Shown here piece after piece: positions 40,163 through 49,712 of a stretch of 64,000 nt of DNA. A model generated the notes under the pieces. That model saw nothing but the letters and a program-made list of their open reading frames with translations, had not been told where the DNA came from and did no database searches. The stretch lies in NCBI GenBank assembly GCA_040220235.1, contig JAVJTO010000095.1; one strand, written 5' to 3'. This stretch comes from Coleofasciculus sp. B1-GNL1-01 (GTDB taxonomy: Bacteria > Cyanobacteriota > Cyanobacteriia > Cyanobacteriales > Coleofasciculaceae). Made by a program: the position numbers and the translations under genes. Positions within the stretch are counted from its first letter, which is position 1, and each line of letters starts with the position of its first letter.

Positions 40163-41828
40163 ATAAGTCGGAAAAACACAACTGATGGATTAAGTAGTTA
40201 TATAATACGACAGTAAATATGAGCATTTATTGTTAACAATTCGGCTAATGATAAGCTTTGATAATAAAATGACTCCGAAAAAGACCTGATTGTTTTTGAA
40301 ACATAAAAAAAGACAAAAAACCTGCCTGAGCAGGGCAGACAGATTCATGACGAGAAAAGTAATAGCAATGGCTGTTTCTGAAGTATGAGGCAGTTTAGCC
40401 ATGACGCGACTTAAACTGTATCCACGTTTTGAGATACCAAATTTTCCTTCAATATTATTGCGAATTCTCTCGTCTTCTTGAGCTTGTTTCTTTAATTCTT
40501 GACTGACATTGGCTTTTGGTCTTCCTAAGGGCGGTCTACTGATTCTAATTCCTTTTTCTTTGCAGAAGGAACCCGTTGGCTCGACTGCGATAGATTTTAT
40601 CTACATGAACTGATTCTGGATAGGTTCCTGTGTAGTTATAATAAGCTTCTATTTGAGCTTTGAAATCTGCCGATTCATTAAAGTTATCCCAACTGACACG
40701 GTCTAAAAACACGTATCCATCTCTTACACTTGCCGATATTTTAGCTCCAAATTCTACGGGAACTCCCGCTTTGCCTCTAACTATTGGACGGATATGAGGT
40801 TGACTTAAACTTACTATTCTATGCTCAATTCTATGAACTTTATTATTATACATCCATTCTTGCTGACGGTAGACTTCGCTAACCACCAACAGGCTCTTAT
40901 AGTCAGTAAGAATCAACGCCTCAAGACTAGACCCTGCCTTGATTAGCTCGTCTATACTTCCCAAGTTTCTCTTTATGTATTGTAGTTGTTTTTTTATGGC
41001 TTTTCTTATTTCTTTCCTTGTTTGTTTCTTTTTATTAGCTACTTTCAAGTATTCCTTTCTGGCTCGGTTTCTATAGCTTTTGGGTTTTTTCTCTATTTGA
41101 CCCGGACGGGACTCATATAAACTGTCTATTATTTTTTCTGTTTTTATCCCAATGATTTAATATCCCTAAATCATTGGGATAACTTATATCTCCTGGCACG
41201 CAACTTGCATCTAATATTAATTTCCCTTTATTCGCTGACCCGCTTTTTGAAAGCTTTTCTGTTTCTGGACTTTTTTTTTCGGCTCTGACTGACTCTCTGC
41301 CTGAGGATGAATCACCATTCTTTCGTTTATTCGGTTGACTAGATTCACATTTATCCTTTCCCGAAATCTTGCTAATAGTGATGGGTCATAAGGGGCTGAG
41401 CTGCTGTAATGGGTTTTTCCGATAAAATACTGTAAGTAAGGGTTCTCTTTGATTTGTTCGACTGTCTCTCGATCACTTATCCCTAGTTTCTCTTTGATTA
41501 TTAATGACCCCAAGGCTACCCTAAATGGTAGGGCTGGCGCACCCAATAAGCGAGAGAAATTTTGGGCATATTCCTCTTCAAATTCCTCCCAGGGTACTAA
41601 AGAAGCCATGATTACCCAACGATTATCCTGTGATAACTTTCACGCCATAGGGAGTTCAAAATCTTCGGCTTCCCTGGGGGCATTCTCAACTTTTCGGTAC
41701 ATCTACCTGACCTGATCATGATGCAAGGATTTTGAGCGATATTACCAGATTCAGGAGCACCAAGTCAACTGTCAATACGGCTCAAAGCATTGATGGGCTT
41801 TGCGGTTTCGACCTTGTGCAGCAAACCC
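40152..41828 (-). mobile_element. IS5-family insertion sequence with frameshifted transposase
   Basis: Imperfect TIRs GGGTCTGCTGAATAAG / CTTGTGCAGCAAACCC. Transposase motifs occur in separate frames (MYRK..FELP from 41702, ISDRETVEQI.ENPY.QYF, HIRPIVRGKA..VEFGAK, IEGKFG, MAKL..TSET.I). Confidence 0.9.
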
Positions 41829-41829
41829 T

Positions 41830-41972
41830 AAATAAGGGTTGGGTGAGGGTATTGTACCATTGATAGAGTTGATTATCTCCCACCAGCGCAAATTTAGCAA
41901 TTTTATTGATATATTGAATATCAAACTGTAAATCCTCAAAAATTGCGGGAATTTCCCATCCCTGGAAATTTT
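41830..41972 (-). pseudogene. Internal fragment of a SpoIIAA-like (STAS/SEC14) protein gene
   Basis: Open frame NFQGWEIPAIFEDLQFDIQYINKIAKFALVGDNQLYQWYNTLTQPLF with no start or stop, bounded by the two elements. Confidence 0.65.
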
Positions 41973-42157
41973 GGGTCTTCCGGACTTAGTGTGCTAAACT
42001 ATCAGATTTAATAAACCAGGAAGCTTGCCACACAAGGGCCGTAGCTTTTGATCGCCTCAAAATAAATTGAAATTCGGGTAAAAACGGTTAAAGCTATTGC
42101 TGTCCAATACTTGGGCAAATCCAACTAACAATTTAGCACACTAACTACGGAAGACCC
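41973..42157. mobile_element. 185-bp MITE with 27-bp TIRs
   Basis: GGGTCTTCCGGACTTAGTGTGCTAAAC versus reverse-complemented GGGTCTTCCGTAGTTAGTGTGCTAAAT; no target duplication. Confidence 0.85.
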
Positions 42158-42687
42158 GCTTTTTTTGCATCGGTTTCTTGTCCCAGGGCTTGATTCACCT
42201 GTTCAATCGCAATACTACTGGTGAATACGGAATCTACAACTAAGAGGGGAAAAACCAGAATTTTATTAAATCCTTTGTCTTTAATCTCAGCCAAAACGTC
42301 TTCGACAAAGGGTTCACAAAAGTAGAAGCCCGTGAAGACTTGCACTCCCTCACCCCACTGTTCCTGTAAATGCTGTTCAATTCCACGCCGTTGGTTTTCA
42401 AAGATATCATTTTGGGGAGAGGTAAAATGCTCATGTTTATATCCCCATTTGAATAAATCCCGTAAGGTTAAAATCCGCGCTACGGGAGAGTAAAGCCAAG
42501 AGGGAATCGGGGCAAACTTGGCGGCAATATACTCGCTAGTGCGTTTATTGTATTGGGTGAATTGGTCATAGGTTTGCACGCCACCATAGCTGGTTAATAA
42601 TACCGCTATCTGCTCAGGATGGTTTACCGACATTTGATTGGGATGCTGGGATGGGTTGGCAGCGTTCTGAATTGTCGTGCTTGTCAT
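42145..42687 (-). pseudogene. hemH: Ferrochelatase paralogue, 3'-truncated by the MITE
   Basis: IAVLL.SYG.V, SPQN.IFE.Q, FYFCEPF and ILVFPLLVVDSVFTS; only 180 aa, and the last residues GLP* come from the MITE. Confidence 0.75.
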
Positions 42688-42905
42688 AAGTTTTTTATAA
42701 ATATCACCATTGATTAAAATAAAATTGAGTATTTATAAATGATCAAAACTATCAAAATTGATCATCGCTCTCTTGGCAGATATTTCGATGGGATTAATTT
42801 TGACAGATAAGCATTAGGATAGGGACACGACATGTCGTGTCCCTACAGATGGTGGTTCAAGTTGATATGACAGAGAACCGCCCTTAGACAAGGATGCGCT
42901 GTTGG

Positions 42906-45900
42906 CTACGGCTGAGAGCCAATTCCGTCACAAAGACTGCGATCGCGTTTGTCCAAACTAGGGTTATTCTGGAGATAATCCCGTAGGCGATCGCAGCTAC
43001 GTTCGATGAGCTGATTTGCCGACAAAAGAGTCACATCCCACAGAATCAGGCTCTTATCATTAATTGCCGAGGCAATGAGTTCATTCTCAGATTTGAATCT
43101 CACCTGCCAATCCAAATCCCTTGGTCCCGACAGAGTATGGAGTAACTCACCGTCTCGATTCCAGAGTCTGACGGTCTTATCTTTACTCATTGTGGCAATT
43201 TTCTCACCCTTTGGACTAAACACGACTCCGTTAACCTCATCGGTATGACCTTCTAAGGTTTCTAGCAACTCGCCGTTTCGATTCCAGAGTCTGGCGATTT
43301 TGTCTGCACCCACTGTGGCAATAACTTGACTATCTGGGCTAAATGCTACTCCAAACACTTCCTTATCATTAGGTTTTTGGTTATCATCAATCAGAGTATT
43401 TATCTCTTTGCCGTCTTTAGCATTCCACAGTTTGACCGTTCCATCCCAACTTGCCGTAGCAATCATCTGACCGTCTGGGCTGAACGCAATTCCCCGAACT
43501 TGCTCCTCATGTCCTTCCAAGGTTTTTTCTGGGGTGTCATCGAGTGTCCAGAGTTTGACCGTCTTGTCCTTATTCGCCGTGGCGAGGATTTGGTTATCGG
43601 GGCTAAAAGCTAGGCTGTTAATCTCCTCAGCCTGACCGAATAGAGTTGCGACAAGAGTGCCGTCAGCCTGCCAAATTTTTACAGTATTGTCCCGACTCGC
43701 CGTAGCAATAAGTGTACCGTCTGGGCTGAAAACAACGTTGTAGACGCCAGACTGATGCCCTTCTAGGGTTTTGATTAAAGTACCATCAGTCTTCCAGAGA
43801 TTGACGGTGCTGTCTTCACTCGCTGTAGCAATCTTCTGACCCTTTAGATTGAAGTCTATACTATGGATCTCCTGAGCATGCTTTTTAAGGATTCTTTTGT
43901 TCAAGCTTTGATCTCGCTTCCAGAGTTTGACTGTGTTGTCTTGACTTGCTGTTGCGAGCATCTCACCATCAGGGCTAAACTCTATGCCAAAAACACCGTC
44001 GGTATGCCCTTCCAGGGTTTCGAGTAAAGTGCCATCTGTTGTCCTCCAGACTTTAATCGTCTTATCCCAACTTGTCGTCGCAATTCTCTTGCCATCGGGA
44101 CTGAAATCAACTCGGATCACCCGATCCGTATGACCGTTGAGCGTATGGCGTAACGTACCATTAATTTCCCAAAGTTTAGCTGTATTATCTCGACTCACAG
44201 AGGCAATCATCTGACCATCAGGGCTAAATGCCACTCCGAAAACGCGATTACTATGGCTCTTGTCTCCTTCTAAGGTTTCGTCTTTTAGGGTACGAAATGA
44301 TTTGTCATCCGTAGTTTTCCAGAGTTTGACTGTCCCATCCCAACTCGCTGAAGCAATTATCTGACTATCGGGGCTGAACGCTATTGTGTCAATCACATCT
44401 TCGTGTCCTTTCAGGGTGTTTAGCAATTTGCCATCCCTAGTTCTCCAGAGTTTTATGGTTTTATCCCCACTTGCCGTAGCAATGAGCTTGCCATCCGGGC
44501 TAAAAGCTACACCAAAAACTCTATCCTTATGCCCTTCTAAGGTACGTACTGGTATTATACCTATCTTGTTATCTAGCTTTTTTTCTAGCTTCCACAGTTT
44601 TACCGTCTGGTCGAAACTTGCTGTGGCAATCATTTTACCATCAGGGCTGAAATCTAAGCTATTAACTTTATCCTCATGCCCTTTTAGGGTATGAATCAAC
44701 TTACCATCAGGCTGCCAAAGTTTGACCGTATAGTCAAAACTTGCTGTGGCAATGGTCTGTTCATCTGGGCTGAAAGCCATTTGGATGACCGCATCCTTGT
44801 GACCTTCGTCACCTTCAAGGCTGTTATACTCTTGATACTCTTTAAATCCGGAAACGCCTCGCTGTAGCATCCGTTCTACTTTAGGCTTTATTTCAGCTTT
44901 GAAATCACCTATTTTTTGCAGTTCCTTCCAGGCAACTACTGTTTTTTTAAGTGCATCTAATTCTTGATTCTCTGCAAAAAGTCTTTCAGATTCAGCAATA
45001 GTTTTTGTTATGACTTGCATATTCCGATTTTGGATTAGCCATCCTACCATTGGCGTAGCGAAAACTATAAACATAAAGCCAGCCACTGTTACGGTTTGGA
45101 AAATTCGCAGTTGTCGCCGCAAAAGCTGATCAAGCTGCACTTGACTCTGCTGGAGCCTTTCTAAAGTGTCATCTCCAATTTTTTGGCGAATAAAAGTCAC
45201 CAAATAATCATGAACTAACTGATAATGATTATCAGGAATACTTTGCCAAAGAAAGACTAAACCTGATTCTTGGAGAATTTGTAATACAACTTTAAGTGTT
45301 TTATCTAATCTCAAATCATTGCTTTTTGATTTTGTCGTCAAATCAAGAGTAAATATATACCTCCAGAAATTATTCCTGAATCCTTCTAATAATTTAGATT
45401 TTCGGGAAATTTCCAGAAGTTCCAGGATCTCTTTTTTCAAATCATTATGGGTTTTCAACGGACGAGTTTTATTTTCATCCGTCAATAAAAACAAAACTAA
45501 CCAGGCAATTTCTTCATTCTCTCTGCCACAGTCTTGAACAACAGATTCCAAATAGCGTTGGACTAATTGTTGTTTAGCTTGAAAACCAAGCTGCTTATAC
45601 TGTGCCAAGGTAGTAATTCCTTCGGCTTGCAATTGTGCGCCAACAATCTGTAACTCAATGGGACGGACTTCTCCCTGATTTTTGGATAGTTCTCGTACTA
45701 TTTCATCGATCAAAGCTGACTCCAAAGAAAATGCCGAGTTCTCAGTTAAACTGTGGATTACATTTTTGGCATCTTCTGGTGATAAATTTCCTAATGTATA
45801 GAGACAGGTTTTACCGAGAACATCCTTGTTTACAATTGCCATTGCCTTGAGACGATTGCAAGGCAGCAAATAATGGATAAAATCTTCTCGTATTGACAGA

Positions 45901-47837
45901 ATAACTTTAACAAAACTCATCCTTAAGCATTCAGCGATAAACTCAAAGAAGATTTGCCGTTGCTTCCATTCTGTGCTAGCAAAGAAAAACTCTTCAAACT
46001 GGTCAAAAATTAAAACCGTAAATAAATTATCCTCTTCATTACGTTGTAACGCCTCAAGCAAAGACACAGTGGAATCCGGTGGATTCGGTAAGCTTATTCC
46101 TCGTTGATCAAGTGCCTTGGCTAAGGATTGACCTAACTCCCGACACCAGTCGGTGTAAACTCGTAGGAGAACGGGTAAACTATCGCGAATACCGATACTG
46201 CGACGCTTGAGTTCAGGGATTAAACCCGCATTCACCAGAGAACTTTTACCGACACCGGAAGGTCCACAAATCACCGTCAGTTGGTGCTGATTGTTACCCA
46301 TGCGGGCAATCAAATGCCGCACATCCCGTTCTCTTCCTGAAGCAATAATCTCTGGGGCAATTGTTTTTTGCAATCTGGTAACTTCAGATTTCGGCTGTCG
46401 CTGGGGTTGTAAATTCCCAGCACCAATAAATGCCCGAAAACCAAACTGTTGCTCGATTGAGCGTTGATATTGTTTAACCTCAAAAGCCTGGAGATAATCC
46501 TGTTGCTCAAAATACAGCGATCGCAATTCCTCAAGAATCTGAATGTAAAGCTGCGGATTGTCCTCTGGATCACCATTTTTTGCCGCTTCTAGTGTCTCAA
46601 ACGCCTCCTGAATCTGCCCTACTTGTCGTAAGCTTTGTGCTAATACCAGCAGATGTAACCCCCGATATTGCTGTTGTTCACTGGGAAGACGATTGACAAT
46701 TTCCAGGGCTTTTTCCGCCAGTTCTTTCGCCTCAGTCGGGTTGGGCGGCTTCTGGTTGAGTGCGACTTCTGCCAAAAAGCTGTAATCTTGAGCCAATTCT
46801 ACACTCATCCCATACCTTTCGTGCAGTGGTTTGAATTGATTTGCCAGCTTCTGTAATTCGTGCCAATCCTTAAGTTGTCGCAGTACTTTGCCCAATTCGT
46901 TGCTAAACTTAGCCACTAAATCCTGCCGCTGTGCCTGTTTAAACCGTTCCAGACATTGTTGTAAATAAGGCAGAGATTCTTCACAGAAAAAGCAGTTGTC
47001 TGAGCGACACAGTTTTCCGGTGCGGGAATAACACAAGCCAATATGGAACAGTAGCACTCCTTGTCGTTCTAATAAGCAGGGGGTAGGATTATCCTGAGTT
47101 GTGGACTCCCAAAAGTCTAGACTGTTTTGGTAATAGGTTAATGCTTGTTCCAGTTGACCGACGACAAACGCATCTCGCCCCTGAACAAATTGCCAGCAGG
47201 CTTCGAGTTCTGGTGTCAATGGCAGATTATAGCGCTTCAAATCGGCGATCGCACATTTAATTTCTGAGAGATAGCGCCAGCCAAAGATAGCTTCATTGGA
47301 GAGGAAGCGATTCGCCCCTGCATTTAAAACCGCTTTAAAGAGTTGCCTCACCCGCTTGTGGAGAATGTCTTGCAACTCTTGCGGCGTAATCATCAATTCA
47401 GTCAGGGTTCCCCAATTTTTTAAATCAGGGGCAATCCGTGTCAGTTGCTGGGAAATGGAATCATTAATCCATATCAATACTGGGAAGGGGCAATGCTGGC
47501 GAAACTCCTCTCGCACCGAATTCATTGAACTCAGCAATTGCTTAATCTCCCGCACTGACTCTATGCCTAAAACCATTAAAGCTGAAGGCTGTTCATGTCC
47601 TAATTGCTCACGAATTGTAGCGTAGATCCTGGTTACTGATGGTTCGAGGACAATTGTTCGCATCTCTGGGTAACGTTGGCGTAATCGCCGCACCATCTGC
47701 TGCTGTAAGAGTGCGTAGTTACAGTGAACCCAAATTAGGGAAAATTCCCCTTCAGACATGGAAATTGCCCAAGCCAAATCTTCTAACGACTGTTCGCTAG
47801 GGGAAAGATTTTTCCGAGAGGAGTAAGATTCCATCAT
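42906..47837 (-). CDS. STAND-type NTPase with TPR-like region, TM segment and 14 WD40 repeats
   Basis: Degenerate P-loop-like N-terminus; TPR-like helices; GPSGVGKS and VLIFDQFEE (nSTAND1-like); YQLVHDYL; TM; 14 GH..SPDG..W units. Confidence 0.9.
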   Translation of the reverse strand: MMESYSSRKNLSPSEQSLEDLAWAISMSEGEFSLIWVHCNYALLQQQMVRRLRQRYPEMRTIVLEPSVTRIYATIREQLGHEQPSALMVLGIESVREIKQLLSSMNSVREEFRQHCPFPVLIWINDSISQQLTRIAPDLKNWGTLTELMITPQELQDILHKRVRQLFKAVLNAGANRFLSNEAIFGWRYLSEIKCAIADLKRYNLPLTPELEACWQFVQGRDAFVVGQLEQALTYYQNSLDFWESTTQDNPTPCLLERQGVLLFHIGLCYSRTGKLCRSDNCFFCEESLPYLQQCLERFKQAQRQDLVAKFSNELGKVLRQLKDWHELQKLANQFKPLHERYGMSVELAQDYSFLAEVALNQKPPNPTEAKELAEKALEIVNRLPSEQQQYRGLHLLVLAQSLRQVGQIQEAFETLEAAKNGDPEDNPQLYIQILEELRSLYFEQQDYLQAFEVKQYQRSIEQQFGFRAFIGAGNLQPQRQPKSEVTRLQKTIAPEIIASGRERDVRHLIARMGNNQHQLTVICGPSGVGKSSLVNAGLIPELKRRSIGIRDSLPVLLRVYTDWCRELGQSLAKALDQRGISLPNPPDSTVSLLEALQRNEEDNLFTVLIFDQFEEFFFASTEWKQRQIFFEFIAECLRMSFVKVILSIREDFIHYLLPCNRLKAMAIVNKDVLGKTCLYTLGNLSPEDAKNVIHSLTENSAFSLESALIDEIVRELSKNQGEVRPIELQIVGAQLQAEGITTLAQYKQLGFQAKQQLVQRYLESVVQDCGRENEEIAWLVLFLLTDENKTRPLKTHNDLKKEILELLEISRKSKLLEGFRNNFWRYIFTLDLTTKSKSNDLRLDKTLKVVLQILQESGLVFLWQSIPDNHYQLVHDYLVTFIRQKIGDDTLERLQQSQVQLDQLLRRQLRIFQTVTVAGFMFIVFATPMVGWLIQNRNMQVITKTIAESERLFAENQELDALKKTVVAWKELQKIGDFKAEIKPKVERMLQRGVSGFKEYQEYNSLEGDEGHKDAVIQMAFSPDEQTIATASFDYTVKLWQPDGKLIHTLKGHEDKVNSLDFSPDGKMIATASFDQTVKLWKLEKKLDNKIGIIPVRTLEGHKDRVFGVAFSPDGKLIATASGDKTIKLWRTRDGKLLNTLKGHEDVIDTIAFSPDSQIIASASWDGTVKLWKTTDDKSFRTLKDETLEGDKSHSNRVFGVAFSPDGQMIASVSRDNTAKLWEINGTLRHTLNGHTDRVIRVDFSPDGKRIATTSWDKTIKVWRTTDGTLLETLEGHTDGVFGIEFSPDGEMLATASQDNTVKLWKRDQSLNKRILKKHAQEIHSIDFNLKGQKIATASEDSTVNLWKTDGTLIKTLEGHQSGVYNVVFSPDGTLIATASRDNTVKIWQADGTLVATLFGQAEEINSLAFSPDNQILATANKDKTVKLWTLDDTPEKTLEGHEEQVRGIAFSPDGQMIATASWDGTVKLWNAKDGKEINTLIDDNQKPNDKEVFGVAFSPDSQVIATVGADKIARLWNRNGELLETLEGHTDEVNGVVFSPKGEKIATMSKDKTVRLWNRDGELLHTLSGPRDLDWQVRFKSENELIASAINDKSLILWDVTLLSANQLIERSCDRLRDYLQNNPSLDKRDRSLCDGIGSQP

Positions 47838-49252
47838 GACTTTAATTCCTTTGCCTCTGCCAAAATTGGATTAATATCAAACCAATACCCATCGTCATCC
47901 CGATACTCATAGACAAACAGGCTGCGGATTAGAGTTTTATAGTCTTGAGCGCCCGCCACCTTTTTGTGTTGGGCAACTTGTCGCAGTAATTGCCATTCGG
48001 TATCACTAACAGCTAAAACCGCATCATTGCGATGTTCTCGAATTACATCTTCTAGACAGTCGCGACAAATGGGTAATCCTTTTTGTTTTTTAATCGAGTC
48101 ATTTAATAGCCGCAGTAAATTCCGCACATGACCGCCACTAATTTGACACAAACGATCTAATGTTGCAGGATGATCAAAAACCTCGGTTATCCGATGGAGA
48201 CGATCTGGCTCATTCAAATCAGGAAATGCTCTTGCCAGCACCATTTGTCGCAGTCGCTTCATTCCTTCAGCACATTCTGTTCCATCCCGCGATCGCACGG
48301 GGATCATCGGTAACACTTGGGGATTGACCAAAAATCGCTCCACTAAAGTACCAAAGTCCTTGGAGAACCGTAACGCCAAGGGCATGGTATAAATAACATG
48401 ACAATTCAGTTGACGTAACTGTTGACCTCGGTCTACAAATAAATATTCTTGTTGCGGTCGTCCGAAGGGTTTGGGAGTATTACTGATGCGGTCAAGATTA
48501 TCGACGATTACCACCAGTCCCTTTTTACCCTGGACTCTCAGTTGTTCCTGTCCCGGTTCTAATAATTCAGAGTTAATTGCCTCTAAAATTCCCTTAGTTT
48601 GCGGTTCCAGATAACTTCTTAACTTATTCCGTAACTCAGGAGACGCCTTCGCCTTGGCTGAAATCTTACCAATTAAGGGGGCAATTAGGGAAAGTCCTTC
48701 CTCAGAGGATAGGCTGACTTTGCCAATTCCAGGAATACCAACATCAACAGAGAACTCTTCCTCGATTTTCCCTGTAATCTTACCCATTCCCAGGACTGAG
48801 GCTTCGGCAGATAATTCAATCTCCGTTTGCAACAGTTTACTGACTTGCTTTAGCCTGGTCTTGAGACTGGTTGATTCTTCAAGTTTCAGGGTATCGAGAC
48901 TATTACTCACCTGACGGGCGATGGCTAGCAAAATATCGCTAATATCGACATCTTCAAACTCTAGGTCTTGATCGGACACAAAGTAAACTACATGAAACCC
49001 ACGATATTCTAACTCCGCCTTCAGGCGTAACAATTCCGTAGACTTGCCACAACCAATATGTCCAGTGAATAGCTGACAGGTTGGTGTATCCGGTGACCAT
49101 AAGGTGATATTTTCACGTAACTCTTCGATCACCTGACCACCACGCACCACAGAAAAATCAATGTAATACTTATAGTCTGTTTCTGCGTTGTTCAAAAACA
49201 GCGTTTTGCCGGGATTCGTGGCTTGAAAAAAACTCCGTAAATCCAGCTTCAT
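47834..49252 (-). CDS. P-loop (AAA/KAP-like) ATPase, translationally coupled to the STAND-WD40 gene
   Basis: FTGHIGCGKST Walker A; VVIVDNLD Walker B; SGGHVR; ATGA overlap at 47834-47837. Confidence 0.9.
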   Translation of the reverse strand: MKLDLRSFFQATNPGKTLFLNNAETDYKYYIDFSVVRGGQVIEELRENITLWSPDTPTCQLFTGHIGCGKSTELLRLKAELEYRGFHVVYFVSDQDLEFEDVDISDILLAIARQVSNSLDTLKLEESTSLKTRLKQVSKLLQTEIELSAEASVLGMGKITGKIEEEFSVDVGIPGIGKVSLSSEEGLSLIAPLIGKISAKAKASPELRNKLRSYLEPQTKGILEAINSELLEPGQEQLRVQGKKGLVVIVDNLDRISNTPKPFGRPQQEYLFVDRGQQLRQLNCHVIYTMPLALRFSKDFGTLVERFLVNPQVLPMIPVRSRDGTECAEGMKRLRQMVLARAFPDLNEPDRLHRITEVFDHPATLDRLCQISGGHVRNLLRLLNDSIKKQKGLPICRDCLEDVIREHRNDAVLAVSDTEWQLLRQVAQHKKVAGAQDYKTLIRSLFVYEYRDDDGYWFDINPILAEAKELKS

Positions 49253-49616
49253 AGCAATCTTAATTCAATTGTATGGAGGCATGTCAGTGTAGTTGTAATA
49301 CACTGAAATACCACTTTGGAATTTAGCACGGCTTAGGTAGGATGTGCAAACATTTTTATGAAACTATAATTTTCCTTAAAAAATATTGGGCTTGTTGTTA
49401 TCGTTAGTGTGGTGACAAGAAGCTTACAACAGCGTAAGGTAAATCATTTCGTCCTTTATCTGAGGACAGGACGGATGAGGGAAAAATGAGTTTCTAATTC
49501 ATCTTTCTTAAAACAAATATAGCCCTTGCCCGACTTGGCGAGTTTGCGTTTGGTCTGATCTACATCGGCTTTAACTCGTTCATACCTTGTCAGTAAGTAA
49601 GCCCAAACACCTGATC

Positions 49617-49668
49617 CAGTCGTCTAAAGACGACTTAAGCTTTTAGCCAGTGGTTTAAACCACTGGCT
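49617..49668. repeat. Double-hairpin REP-like element
   Basis: AGTCGTCT-AA-AGACGACT followed by AGCCAGTGGTTTAAACCACTGGCT. Confidence 0.65.
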
Positions 49669-49712
49669 GGTTAACTGCCTTTTGCCTTATCTGTCCCGAC
49701 AACCGGCTAAAA

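Noticed and set aside
49287..49304. NtcA box upstream of the ATPase
   Set aside because: The spacing is GTA-N7-TAC rather than N8; it is only a short palindrome.
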